64,000 nt of DNA, from contig OZ059894.1 of NCBI GenBank assembly GCA_964057225.1, positions 16,802,001 to 16,866,000 of the forward strand, read 5' to 3'. The DNA comes from Auanema rhodensis. Taxonomy: Eukaryota; Animalia; Nematoda. The translations under genes and the position numbers were made by a program. The notes beneath the pieces are model-generated. The model was not told the origin of the DNA and made no database searches. It was given only the letters and a program-made list of their open reading frames with translations. This document shows, in pieces, positions 35,967-49,058 of this stretch (its first letter is position 1; the number at the start of each line of letters is the position of its first letter).

Positions 35967-38900
35967 TTATGCTTGAGCATTTTTGGAAGGTAATAGCCGG
36001 TATATACATATAACTGAATTGTGTCCCAAAAATTTACAATATTTACAAGGTTGCCTACTGTATTCACATTCTATTGGATTACCATAAACATCGAAATGTT
36101 CTGGTTTAAAGCAAATCGTACATAGTGAGTTTTTCTTTAATATTTGGAATTTAGATAATTCATCAGGATAACGATTGCATTTAAACGAGTCACCAGGTAA
36201 GCCACAAAATATACACTTCAGGTTTTGATCTCCGGGATGAAATGCATGCAGATTTTTGTAAGTTCCTAAAGTACAAATGTTAGAGTAGACATAGAAAATA
36301 TTAAATTTACCGGATTGATTCGCTGGATATATGCTCGAAGATTGTACGGCCGCTGGAGAATTTTGCGTATTGTCTGCTGAATAAGAGGAATAAATAGCAT
36401 TACTCATAATTATAGCTTACGGAAATTTTGACGAAAAGGCATCATCATTCGATTCGAGTTTGTAGAGGACAGATTTGAATTCCTTGAGGGAAAATTAGAA
36501 TTCATAGAGGGCAAATTTGAGTTCATCGGTGGAAGGTTGGGGCTCATAGATGCATGATTGGAGTTCATATGCGGGGGGTGGGGGTTCATAGATGCATGAT
36601 TGGGGTTCATAGATGCATGATTGGGGTTCATAGATGCATGATTGGGGTTCATAGATGCATGATTGGGGTTCATAGATACATGATTGGAGCTCATAGATAC
36701 ACGATTGGAAGGTGCATGATTGGGGTTCATAGATGGAAAATGGGAATTCACGGAGGTGTTATTCGAATTAGCTAAAGAGACATTGGGATTCCTATAGTTA
36801 TGATTTCCCATCATATATGAAGCCCCGCCATTGGTGTAACTGGTAGGAACGTATTGTGAGGAATTGGCCTGATTAATGTTCGGAGCAAACCTTTGATCTA
36901 AATAAGATGGGATAATAGTTTTAATATGTTAAACTCTTCTTACTGTAATTTAAATAAGGATTAAATCCGTTTTGAACAGAATGCATAGATGTTGTGGGTT
37001 GTGCAGGAACATCTGAAACATACATGCCTTATTAATTAATAAATTTCTGTCACGAACTATAATTGAATCCATAGTTAGACTGTGAAATATCCGCTCTATT
37101 ATGTTGTACATACATTGGTTGAGATGTGTGAACTTGCCCTATAATTCAAATGATTATTGAGATATGATTTTTACGAAAAAAATTACTTTGATTCATCTGT
37201 TGATAAAACGTTGTAGAATTATTGACCGGCATTCGTCCTTGCTGGTAATTCATATTTGCCGGTGGCATCGGCGGACAAGGAACATACACGGGATTGGTAG
37301 GCACATAAGATGCTACAACAGGGGAATGACATTCCCGTTTAACACTTTGTTGATTAAACAGTGGTTGTTCACGTGCAGGCTCCACAGTAATGTTAACTTC
37401 TGTTTTAACAGTAACTTGATGGTTCTCCTGATCTTGACTCGTGTTTTCTAGTTTCACTTGAATATTATTTACAGCTCTAGCAACTTGTAATGGATTTTCT
37501 AAGACATCCCTCAACATCAGATGAGGCAGAGTTGGGGTTTTCGTTTGTTTTCCTGAAAATAAATTTTTTTTTTCATTTTTAAAAACTTTTTATTTACTTA
37601 CTCTTTTTAGCACCAGTGAGTAGAAGCTGCCCTTTTTCTGTATTTCGGTTCGAGGACGACTGGGGAAAAGAGTTTTGAGAACGGTTATTATCTGAAAAAT
37701 GTGATATTTAAATCGAATTGATATCATTTTCTTTTACACTTCTGTATAAATATAAGATTGACTTTAATCCATAATTCAAGTTAAATTAGTTTTTGTATTT
37801 CAAAAAAGATCTTTACGACCTCTGTTTATGTTTGGTGTTGAAGTTGAAAAGCCAATTTGCACTGTATAAAATAAATGCTGGCTAACCAAATTCACTCCAG
37901 AGAATTAACAATTTGATAACTTAAAAACATATATCAACAAAAATCTTACTCTGTACAGACTGATCTTGGTCATCATTTTCAGACTTTATATATTGATTCT
38001 GAATTATATTCGCAGGTGGTACAGATTGACTCTGAATAATATTCGCAGGTGGTACAGATTGATTTTGAGGAATATTTCCAGCTTTATTTAATAAAGCTTG
38101 CAACATAGTATTTCGTTCAACGCCTAAAATTATAAATTGAAACTCTGTATGAGGTACACACAAACATACCCAGCCTTGTCGATTGATTCTCAGCAGCAGG
38201 AGGACGCAGCATCTCGTTAGATTCTGGAGCTAATGTTTCTGGTATGAGAACGGGCATTTCATTGAATTCTTCGATACTTGCAACAACTGAAGCAAATTTC
38301 ATAAATTAAACTTATGTATATTGCTAACCTGTTTGTTTATTGCTGGAAGCTTCAACAGGCTTTTGCAATTGATTAGTAGAGTTGCTCTCGATATTTGACT
38401 GAACATCACAATTAACTTCTTGACCTGAAATAAACCATACTTTCTTATACTTCATTTTTTTTGTTTTACCTTCTATTTGATGTCTTAGCGAAAGAAGTGT
38501 ACTATTCTCTGTGCTTGACAAATTAATACTTTCCCTTTGACTTTCGGTATTTCTCATTTGAGTATCATGTGGAACTTGAGCATTACGATGGATATGTTGC
38601 TCTAGAACCTTTGGAATATTACATAGAGCTCCTGTGTTCAAACGATTCGTTGCTTGTTGCGGTACATGAGAATTACTCAAAGTAGACAGTTGTTGAATAG
38701 AGCCCAAAACGTTTGGAACCTGATTTCGAACAGAAGAAGCATTTGTATTTTCTGGCCGATCGATCAGAGGTATAGAAGGGAAAATAGCCGAGTTATGACC
38801 ATGCTCTTGATTTTGAGGTCTACGACGCGGATCAGTCAATTTTTCACCGCTTCTTGGCTTTTTCTGAGGTTTCGTTCCTCCTTTCTCTAAAGATATGACG

Positions 38901-41628
38901 CGTTCAGGTAATACGACAGTACCAGTCGTCTCAGGAGGTGGACAAGTGCTTCGGATGCTAATTTCATTAATACTGGGTGGGGCCTCAATATTGTTGAAAA
39001 TCACTCCGAGGATGTCATTGGAATCTTTCTGGATTTCAGAAGGCTTTTTTGGTCCGGCATGTGTTGGAGGTACTGATAAAGTAGGTTTTTCTTTCTGTTT
39101 CTCTGCATCGAAAGCAGGTAGCGCATTTGACGATGGATGTTCCGACGGTACTCTAGCCTTTCTAGGTATTTTGAATGATAGCAAAGAAGATAACTTGTCT
39201 TCAGAACATGATAGAGCAGCCCTAGCAGCAACATTTTTTTTAGGTTGGCATTCTCTTTCCCTTTGAAAATCAGCTACCAGTGAATAACAAGGAGTGTAAC
39301 GGGGCTTTTGCTGAAAATAAAAAAATAACTCACAATATAACAAACAAAACATACACGATGATTTTCAGAAGTCCCCTTACTTTCATCTCTTCCATGTTGA
39401 CCAGCCCCTACAACCTCTCTAGATTGAATATCAATTTTTTCCTTCGATTGTGAGGATATTGAGAAGGCAGTCGGAGCCTTCAACGACCCTGTTTTTTCTC
39501 TTTGTTCAGCTTGTACTGATGTAGCAACAGAAGTTTTTGTTGGTGATCCAACAATATTATTCCGTATTGATAAACTCGTCTCCGGTTGTGAGGGTACAGC
39601 GGTTGAAATATGTGATTTGCCTGATGTATTAGCCTTATTCTTTTCTTGAGTTGGTAAGGAAGTGGAAGTGTAGGTTCTATCAGAAGATCCAGTATTATCT
39701 TTATGTTGTTTTAATGACAATTTCGAAGTAGATGGTCCTGTAGATGGAACAGATTTGTCCAGCAATTCTATTGGTACCCAGGTAGAAGTTGGAAGATTCT
39801 TCGAAACGATAGATTTTCTATTTTGTTGCGTTGTCGTCGAGACCGAAGCGGAGGAACCAATGTGAGGTAGAGCATTATCCTTTTGGTGAGCAGGTGCTGC
39901 CAATGAAGGTGCAAGTGTGGGCAATAAATCAGTGCGGTTTTTGTGTTGTGTTGGTGCTGATACAGAAGTGGAGGGCGCAAGGATAGGCACAGCTTTTTCC
40001 TTTTGTTGGACTTGTACTGATTCAGATAAACTTGTTAATGAACCAGTACTATCCATAGAATTTTTTAATCTGCATTTAGACGACTGATTCTGGTGTCCCA
40101 TGGACGTGGAAGCAGATGTGGCTTGCTTCTTATTGCTCTCTCGGTGTATTCGAGCCTTTACTTCTGGAGGTGATTCATCATCAGAATTATCATCCAAATC
40201 ATCCGTACAGAATAACGTAGAATTTGCGAACAGAGGAGTTTTGTTTGTAGACAAGGACACAGATCTTAGAGAATACTGAAAAAAAACAAGAAGTTAATCA
40301 TAAATAAAAATTCCAACCTTATGTGATTTTTCTAATCGTTGTTTCTTCTCTTGACCACCACGACTAGCACTCCTTGTGTGCAGAGAAGGAGAATCTTCTG
40401 GAGATTGTGATCGACTATCAGATTCAAAATTCAGCGTAGAATTGAATTTCCTCTTTCTTTTCCGTACTATTACTGCCTCGTCTTCATCAGATTCGCTTTC
40501 CACTCTTGGAACATCTACTTCGCACGCCGGCGCTTCCACAGCATCATTTCCAATTGATACATCCTCCAAACCACTTTCTTGAGAAGTGCTAGCAACGCAA
40601 CAAGATTCAGCTTCTGATGATCTGTTGCTGTTTACGTATGGGTTCTTGAACATATTGAAGTGCTCATCGATATCTTCCTGTGGCTCCAGTGGTAATGGCA
40701 AATCGTCATTGCGGTATAGCTGATACTTTAATCGTTCTTTGATTTTGGTTATAAGTAGTATTCTAGCATTGATATTGTCACAATTAGGACAGACACATCG
40801 ATATTGTGGTACTCTCTTTTTAACTTGATGATACGACTTAATGCGGATATTATAATCCAGAACTGCGGCTTCATGTTCTTCTTCCCTACTTTTGAAGCTT
40901 CTATGTTGTTTGAAAGCTTTCATGAAAAGAGCCGGTATTTTATCACAGTGATCCGTGCCATCCACTGGAAAGTCCTTCATGCAGCGCTTGAAAATTTTAG
41001 ACATATATGCTTCTTTTCGTTGAAACTCAGGATGCAGAAGATAACCAACTGCAATATTAATGCTTTCATATTCGTCCTTTTCTTCTAGACCCTAACAACA
41101 AAAAAATTAAACTCATATAAAGTTTAGAAAGCATACCTCTCTAGAGCAAGATTCAAAACTCATTTCCATTTCTTCACCAAAATCATGTTCAGGGAACTCT
41201 TCCTCGGGCATGGACAGTAGGGCCATGACTCTCCGATAATCATATCTTTTGAGTGACGACTCCAAATCCGTGATGTTGAACTTGTATATTTCGTACAATT
41301 CATCAGTAATCTTTCGAAGATGAAGAAGGTCTGCGTATACTGTCTTAAGCAGTTGTACTCTGCTGGGGACATCAGTTTCGGTTATGGCGCCCTTCAAAAG
41401 ACTAAGCTTCTCCTTGAAAAAATTGAACATTTTGTTTATTTCACGTCCAGCATAAACATAGAATTGTATGCTTTTTTTAGCGATTTCGAAATCGTTTGAA
41501 TCACCATCTTCAAGGCGATCTAACTGTTTATACAAAAATGGGCGTAATATCTTCCTAGTTCTCTTGAGCTTCTCCAATTTACGGTAAAAACTTAAAAACT
41601 CTTCTCGGTTATTTTGTGGAGAACTCAT
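35967..41628 (-). CDS. Large multi-exon protein: helical N-terminus, long S/T/P/Q/N-rich disordered middle, C-terminal triple Cys/His cluster resembling BEL/Pao Gag Zn knuckles
   Basis: TTTCAG|ATG at 41628; exon 41628-41137 joins 41091 in phase; consecutive minus-strand ORFs are separated by short GT-AG introns (not all middle junctions verified); last exon CIFC..GDSFKC / CTICFKPEH..C / CKYCKFLGHNSVIC. Confidence 0.75.
36544..36731 (-). repeat. 21-bp coding tandem repeat (MNPNHAS)n
   Basis: GATTGGGGTTCATAGATGCAT units on the plus strand; about 4 perfect and several degenerate copies. Confidence 0.9.
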
Positions 41629-44600
41629 CTGAAACAAATATGAAATAAAAAGAAGTATATGGCCACAAACAAATAAATAATCGATAATGTTCAATTTACT
41701 ATGAAAAAGTATTGAATAAGCCTCGCATAGAGCCTTATGTTAAGTAAATTAAAAACAAAATATTATAAATATTTTCAATAGACATTCCTGAATCTACCGC
41801 ATCATTCACACTTTGCTATACATCAATACTATGAAAATGAATAACTTCTTCATAAAATAACATTATAGTAAAGCAAAGAAGGAATGCAAATAAATTCAAA
41901 CAAATTAACTTGTGAGCATGATTGATTTATAGGCATTATAGAAACTTTCACAGAAGAAAAATGAATGATATTATCAAACAATCACAAGGTAAATATAATA
42001 AAACAAAAAGTATTATTAATAAAGTAAGAAATAAATTAATAAAGTTATTAATAAAGTAAAAAAGTAATATTGTTGATAAAAATTAAGCAGAAATAAACAA
42101 CAGTAAAATTACAAGCTTGTTGGAGGATCACGATTATAAGCATTGTTGGGTATTTTAGCAAAATTGGTAACGTAATATATGAGAAAAAATATTATAAGCA
42201 AGACAAACAGACCAAAAATGTAAAAAGATCATAACGACTTTTAAGAATTCGAATAATGATAATAGGGTGAATTTCCGAGGAAGATAACAGCTGATGTCAA
42301 AACATACATATTACAGCAACTAGGTTGCAAAGTTTAATACAATAATCAACATATGGAACGCTGGAAGCGGGAAAATAACCCGGTAAGCTATAGTTCACAC
42401 ACTCTACAACCTCATAATTTAGAACCAGAAGATTCAACTCTATGGCTTCGAATCGTTGACGGTTAGCATTTTCAAAAGAAAAAAGTACCTAAAATGACGC
42501 CTAATAGATTGACATCTTTTGATATTAAAACTTTTAATTGTTTATAAATTATTTGCAAAATAAAAACATTTTAACCGTAAATCCAACGAAAATAAGCAAT
42601 GCACTTTGATAGTGATGAACTAAATAGAGAAAAACATGAATAAAAAAAACAATCTTTATGTATTTTTTTTAATGTAAATATAAAACAGATGCACCGTTTG
42701 ACCGTTTGGAGCAGAACTTGAAGCAGATGGAATATTTGCTATAATAATTATGTAACATCAAGGAAGTAAATAAAGCTCAATGGGATTAGAGCACAGCTCA
42801 AACTCGAAAGAACACCATCACGTGGTGCAGAAGTGAATTAATGGGCAAATCCCCCTAATCTCGCAGTTCATAAAAAACAGATAGTTTGTATATTTATGCA
42901 TAAGATGCATTTTAGTATAAAATTATAAATTATATAATATATAATATGTAATGATGAAAAAGAAACTTTATATTAAAGACTGCTGCTTATTATCCACTAT
43001 GCAACCTCAGCATGAACAGGCTTTGCTTTCTTCTTCATGGAAAGCTAAGTCTGAAGCAAAGTCCAAAAAAAATCGATGGGCTCTGCCATATGTTATCCAG
43101 ACTGAGTAAAACGAAATAATTATACGCAATGCGTAATATGGAGAAAAAGGCAGTCGTAAAAGCAGTAGTATACTCATAGAAACAATAAATAAATTCTACG
43201 AATAGTTTGATTTTTTTACTGACGCATACTTTCTTTCTTTTTTTTTCAAATATGTATGTTTAGAATTTAAAAAAAAAGTACTAATGTTTAAATTAAAAGA
43301 TTACAACAACAAATACTACAACAAACTTTAAAATCGATTAAAAGAAGCATGAATATTTTGAAAATATGAAAGGAGAAAAGTAGAAAATATAGGGAGTAGC
43401 TAGGCATTATGGAAAAGATCGATTCCAGAATATTCGGAAAGGTCACGTGACCCAGTGATGAATAAATGGCTGGTGACATAATTTGTATAATACAATGCAT
43501 GTTTCGATAATTTCGAAACAAGAAAGAAAAACTTCAAATTTCAGTAAATTGAAAATCACAATAGAAAATAAGCTGAATTGCCATTACAATATTTTTACTA
43601 AACTTTCAAAAAAAAAAAAGCTTTGCATGAGGAAAGTATTGATTTATCTCTTTTTTTTTTCTCTTTTTCTTATTTCACAAAAGATTGTTTTAAATTGAAA
43701 CGTAATAGAATATAATTTTGAGAATTATAATTGTATCAAGAAATATGTAATTTTTAAAACCAAAGAATTAGGAAATAATATAATTTAGATATTGCAAGAA
43801 TATATTCAGCGAACATGGGTTAAATGAAGAATATTAATATCATTAAGAACAGATAGATATAATTATATTAAAAGAAAGTGAAAGAAAAGAAAAGGCCGTT
43901 ATTCTATGGGAATTAATATTTTTCTAAATATTATCAATTTTATGTCGACTATTTAGGTATAATATGTCATTGTTCATACGAAATAAATGACATTGTGAAG
44001 AAAAGTTTCAAGTCAATCTAGTGTTGTTTTTGACATTTTTTACAGATAATTTTTTTAAACTTTGTTATCTTTTGCGCTATCTATCCATTGAATACTGTTA
44101 ATGAATATATACGTTTTTCATTTTGATTGTGCTTTATATAATTATGAACTAAAATAGCGTTTAATGAATTTATTAGATAAGGCTATAGATCAAGTTTTAA
44201 ATAAGTATTAAATGATGTTAGAATTATAAATAAATCTTTAAAAAATTTTAAATGTTCACAAATCTTTTAGAGATCTTTATTTAGTGAACAATCCATAAAG
44301 GTGAACATCTAAAATGAAAACTTGGCTTTCCCATCGGGACAAGATATGCTCCTCCCATATCATTCTAAGACCATTCTCAAAACACAAATGTTGACTCGTT
44401 TTTAACCAAAAATGGGCATTAGGTTTGAATAAAAAATATTCATACATATATATATAGAAAAAATAGATTAAGGAGCAGCTATGGTAACAAATGTTTCTTT
44501 GAAGCTAAATTTAAGTTTAACGTTGTTATAACGGGAATTGGCTTTTTGATCAGGTTTTTCATGAAAAGAACAATTGAAATGTTTTTTTTTAATTTGCAGT

Positions 44601-45871
44601 GTTCGAATGCTAGACAAAGAAAAATGATGATGGTGTTTTTCTTTGAGAACTTAATCTTATTCATTCATCGTGAATGAAACGTTTGCAAAGGCCTCATGTA
44701 GTTTTACAGCTCTATATGTAATAATTTGTTTCATGCAATGAAACTCTTCTAATCAGATTCTTCTTCATTTATCTATCCGAAGGATTATGTTTTGAGTTTT
44801 CAAGATATGAAAGATAAATGAAAATATGTTTTGTGTTTCGAAGTAAAATTCATTAGAAAGAGAGAAGGACGGTCAGAAAAAATAAAAACAATTTGGGGAA
44901 AAAAGTATGAATGGATCCTTAACAAACATATGTATGAAAAGGAATATCAGCAGAGATGATAGAAAGGTTACCCGCCTAAATGTCACAATGTCTTTTTTTT
45001 GGTTTGTAATTACTCATAAGAGTCTTCATCACCTGTTCATGTCAGATTCTGAATCTCTAATAAAACATCTGTCTCAAACCGAACAAGTATCATTGCTCTG
45101 CCATCAGTTTTTGATTACAAACGTAATCAATTTCGAATAATCAATTTGATATAGTGATATGGAAATTTGAAGATCATGCTTCTGATAAATATGTCAAATG
45201 TATACATCCCACAATCCACAAACCAATAAAAATAAAGACAAGATGAGACGTAAACCTAAATGATTTTCGATTCTTGAAGATGGATATCTACGTAAAGAGT
45301 AAAAAAACAATGAAAATCTTTTGTTTTGTTTTACACCAGACCTGTAACATCTTTTCTCAAAAAATATTCTCATATCTCAATTCAGTTGCATTGCAAATAA
45401 TTAAGACGAAGGGTTCTGAAAATAAAATATTTAATAGAGCATTGTTTCTTCATCTTGTAAATGACCAAATATGGGAAGATTACATCAATCTTTTGAGCTT
45501 TCATGTTTTCAAACTATTCTCAATCAAATTAGATATCGATATTATTGTTGAAGTTTGACAACTTGAATATATTCCATGGAATAGAAAACTTAGAAACATT
45601 CTATGTTAATTTGAACAGAGTTATAGTTTCTGTACCATGTAGGCATAAAAATGAATAAATAACTATAGTGCATACTACGGTATGAAACAAAAAAATACAG
45701 TTTCTGTTGGCTTTTTTATAATATTTGTTGAGAGCAAATATTGAGGGAAATTAAACAAGATCTACAATATAAATTCCTGGATACTTACATCGTGCTCAAT
45801 CATTTTCACTGCTTCCTAATAGTTTAGGCTCGGTTCTATTTTTCCTTCGTACTCATTACTAATGTTTTCAG

Positions 45872-47491
45872 ATGTATAGGTCGCTGTTTCTATTATGCTT
45901 AATCTATATTATAAGAATACATGCCATGTATCCAGTAAATCAAGGCTATAACGAAACTGAAGCTAAGTTTCTAATTAGGCTTTCCGCCGGAACTTATGGG
46001 GAACTGCAAGATATTCACTCGTGTTTGCAGTAATCACCTTCATTAGAATCATATTTTGATGTATATTTATCTTTTAGTACTGGAAATAATAATAATGAAG
46101 TCAGAACCCTTTTAAAAATTAATAAAGAAAGTTGTGACGTTTTAAACAACCCATGTGAAGGGTACATTGGTAAGTATTTATGTTTATTTATTTTTTTTTG
46201 GGTCAACTATTTTAGTTAGTTAAAATACAATAATGAATAATATTTTCAGCTGTCGTTGATTCAGATAAAGTGTTATATGTCGTATTTCGAGGAACAAAGA
46301 CTAACGTAATCTTTTTTTTAAATAACTCGTCTTCATATATCATTTCAGACGCAACTTTTATTAGAAGGATGGGCTACCACTAAGCCAGGGGATAACTTCT
46401 TCGGTATGGGACATGTGAGTTAGCGAAAACTTTTTTTTTACTTTGATTATTTGCTATCAGAAGATTGAAGTTTTTTCAAACGAGTTTCTCTGTTGTATTG
46501 CAAATAAAGACTAGTTCACGTATATACTGACATACATACATATGTTGGCAAACGTTACATTCAAATTCATCTTACATATAGAATCAAACAAATCAGTTGA
46601 TCTTTTGAATCTTAGCTATAACAACATGACATTATATTAAGTGTTCTTCAGATCAGTTCATACTTTATGAGAGGTCACCTACTTCTGTGGCCCGAGTTAA
46701 ATAACATCTTAACAAGTGCCAAGTATACGGTACGTTTTTTCATCTTCGATAAAATTCAAATTAAGTTCATAGGATTACGTAGCTGTGTTTACTGGTCATT
46801 CTTTAGGAGGTGCTTTAGCGGCATTAGCGGCGGCTAGAACTGTTGTAGAAGGTATTGAACCACAAAATTGTAAAAAGTACAATACACAATTGTCTTAGGA
46901 ATTCGCCCTGCCAATCGAATGAGGGTAGTGACTTTTGGAGAACCTAGAGTAGGCGACCGTCAATTTGGTATGGCCTTTGATAATATGATACCAAATAGGT
47001 TATATGACCTTATAAGCATTATATTAAAATTAAAATTGTAGTTTCCGAGTTGTTTATCGTCAAGATATTGTGCCACATATGCCAGGTTGTGCGAAGGATC
47101 GATCTAATCACAGCCTAACAGCTGATGATAGTTTGCCATGTGATCCAGACGATTTATATTCACCTTATCATCACGGACTAGAAATATGGTATTAATATTA
47201 TTCATTAATATATTTAAAAATTATGTGTTAATTGGCAGGTATCCTGAATCCATGACGATTAATTCTTCTTATATTGAATGTAGAGGACAGCCAATTAGTG
47301 AAGATTTTGCGTGTTCTAATCAATTCAAATATAAAGCCAAATATTATTCATCATACATAGATGATCATCGAACATATTTCGGTGTAAAAGTAAGTTTTGC
47401 TATCCTATTGAGTTCAAAATTAATTAAAATATTCTAGGTACCATCATATGGAAAAACAGGTTGTAACGATATGTACCCACAAGGATATTAA
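45872..47491 (+). CDS. Secreted class 3 (fungal-type) lipase
   Basis: TTTTCAG|ATG, signal peptide; VVFRGT, FTGHSLGGALA (GxSxG), TFGEPRVGD, FRVVYRQDIVPHMP, YHHGLEIWY, DDHRTYF; stop 47489-47491. Confidence 0.93.
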
Positions 47492-47587
47492 AACGTTGAG
47501 GATAGCACATGGAATGATCTCAAAATGAATATGTTCTTTATCAAAAATATTTTAAATAAATGCTTTTTTTAATTAAATTTAATTCCA

Positions 47588-48299
47588 TCATTTAATGAAG
47601 CTCATTTTTTGAATCCTCTGCAGGAAGCAAAATTTTGACATTGTTTTCATCAGCACTTCTCCGGTTTTTCTTTAACTTTTTCAGCTGCTTCTTTAATTCT
47701 TTTATTTCTCGTCTTGTATCACTAAGCCTTTTTCTGTTGAATGATTCATTGCTAAAATAAAGAAATTTCTTCAGTTTTTGTAAAACTGTTAGAAATGGCT
47801 TAGACTCACTTGGGAATATAATTTTCCGATGAGGTTACAAGACCTTTGCGTTTAGTTATAGGTTTTTTGGTAGGTTCAAGTTTATCTTTCTCATTTCGCT
47901 CTTTCCATCTATCCAAAATGATGTCTAACTCATCTTTTGTGGCTAAGAGAAGACATGTTTTACCACTATTTGTTATCGGTAAATCCTAATTAAATAAACA
48001 AAAATTGTGATGATACAGAGGTTATTTTTTTTAAACATTTGTTTAAGAAATTGGGTTATTATTGAAATATAACTACTTACTTGACCATTTTGATATAAAG
48101 GCAACACAATCCAATCATCTAGATCTGATTTTTGAGGACGAGAAGATGATAAATAGAGAATCGAAATATTCTTAATGAGTTTAGTGAAATCAATATCACC
48201 TTCAGGAACTTTTAGTGGCTATAATATATATTCAATAATAAAATTATAAAAAGAATAAAAAATTCAAAAATTCAATAACTTACACACCTCGTACACCAT
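47588..48299 (-). CDS. Hypothetical basic protein (~160 aa, 4 exons) with a C-terminal coiled-coil-like segment
   Basis: In-phase splicing: MVYE|PLKVPEGDIDFTKLIKN...LYQNGQ|DLPITNSGKTCLLLATKDELDIILDRW...|NESFNRKRLSDTRREIKELKKQLKK...FIK*. No family recognised. Confidence 0.55.
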
Positions 48300-49058
48300 C
48301 ACTGATTTAAATTTGAATTAAAAGCCGGAAAACAGTTGCCTAGCACTTTGCATGCGTATCAGTTAATTAGAATATTGGAATTTTCTGCTAATTTCCTGAT
48401 ATCCGAAACGAAAGTTTTTTATTTCAACAGAATAAACAAAAAAAACAAATTAAAAAAATGAAAATGATTAGAAATAAAACTGTTGTATTTCAAAAAACTA
48501 AAACTTTATTCTAAAATCTTGATAATGTAGTAGTACTTTTGCGTTCAAGATAATCGATAAGAGAAAATGATAACTGTTCAGAATAAATAGTCAAAATTCC
48601 AAAACATTTGAAGATTAATGTATATATCTTTTTCTTTAATAATAACATATGAATATGTTTATAATATAAATATAATGCAATGAAGCATTATGATTTGTGA
48701 CCAGAAATAATGAAACCAAAAGCTATGTCACTCATAATTTCATTGAGATATGTATGTATGCTAATCTATCGGAAGCAATGTCATTAATATCTGATTCTTA
48801 CGATATGAAAGGATATGTTTTTATTTTAAATCTTTCAACAATCGTGAATAATGGATTTCTTTCAGGTCTGCTTATCTTATTTTGTGTACATGAGGTACTT
48901 TGTAAATATTTTTCTGAAATCAGATAGAATTATCATAATATATGTATATGTATAAATAGATGAATAGATAGATAATTTATTGCGTAGTAATGAAAAAAGC
49001 ATATAACATTATTAGAATTCTCTTTGGTTTTGTTTCAGATGATCTTCAATTGAAAAAG

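Noticed and set aside
35967-41628. Intact LTR retrotransposon
   Set aside because: No LTRs, protease, RT or integrase motifs; multiple spliceosomal introns.
42000-45800. Short hydrophobic ORFs in AT-rich intergenic DNA (also 27.2-28.7, 30-31.4 and 56-58 kb)
   Set aside because: F/I/L/K-rich translations expected from AT bias; no consistent exon chain.
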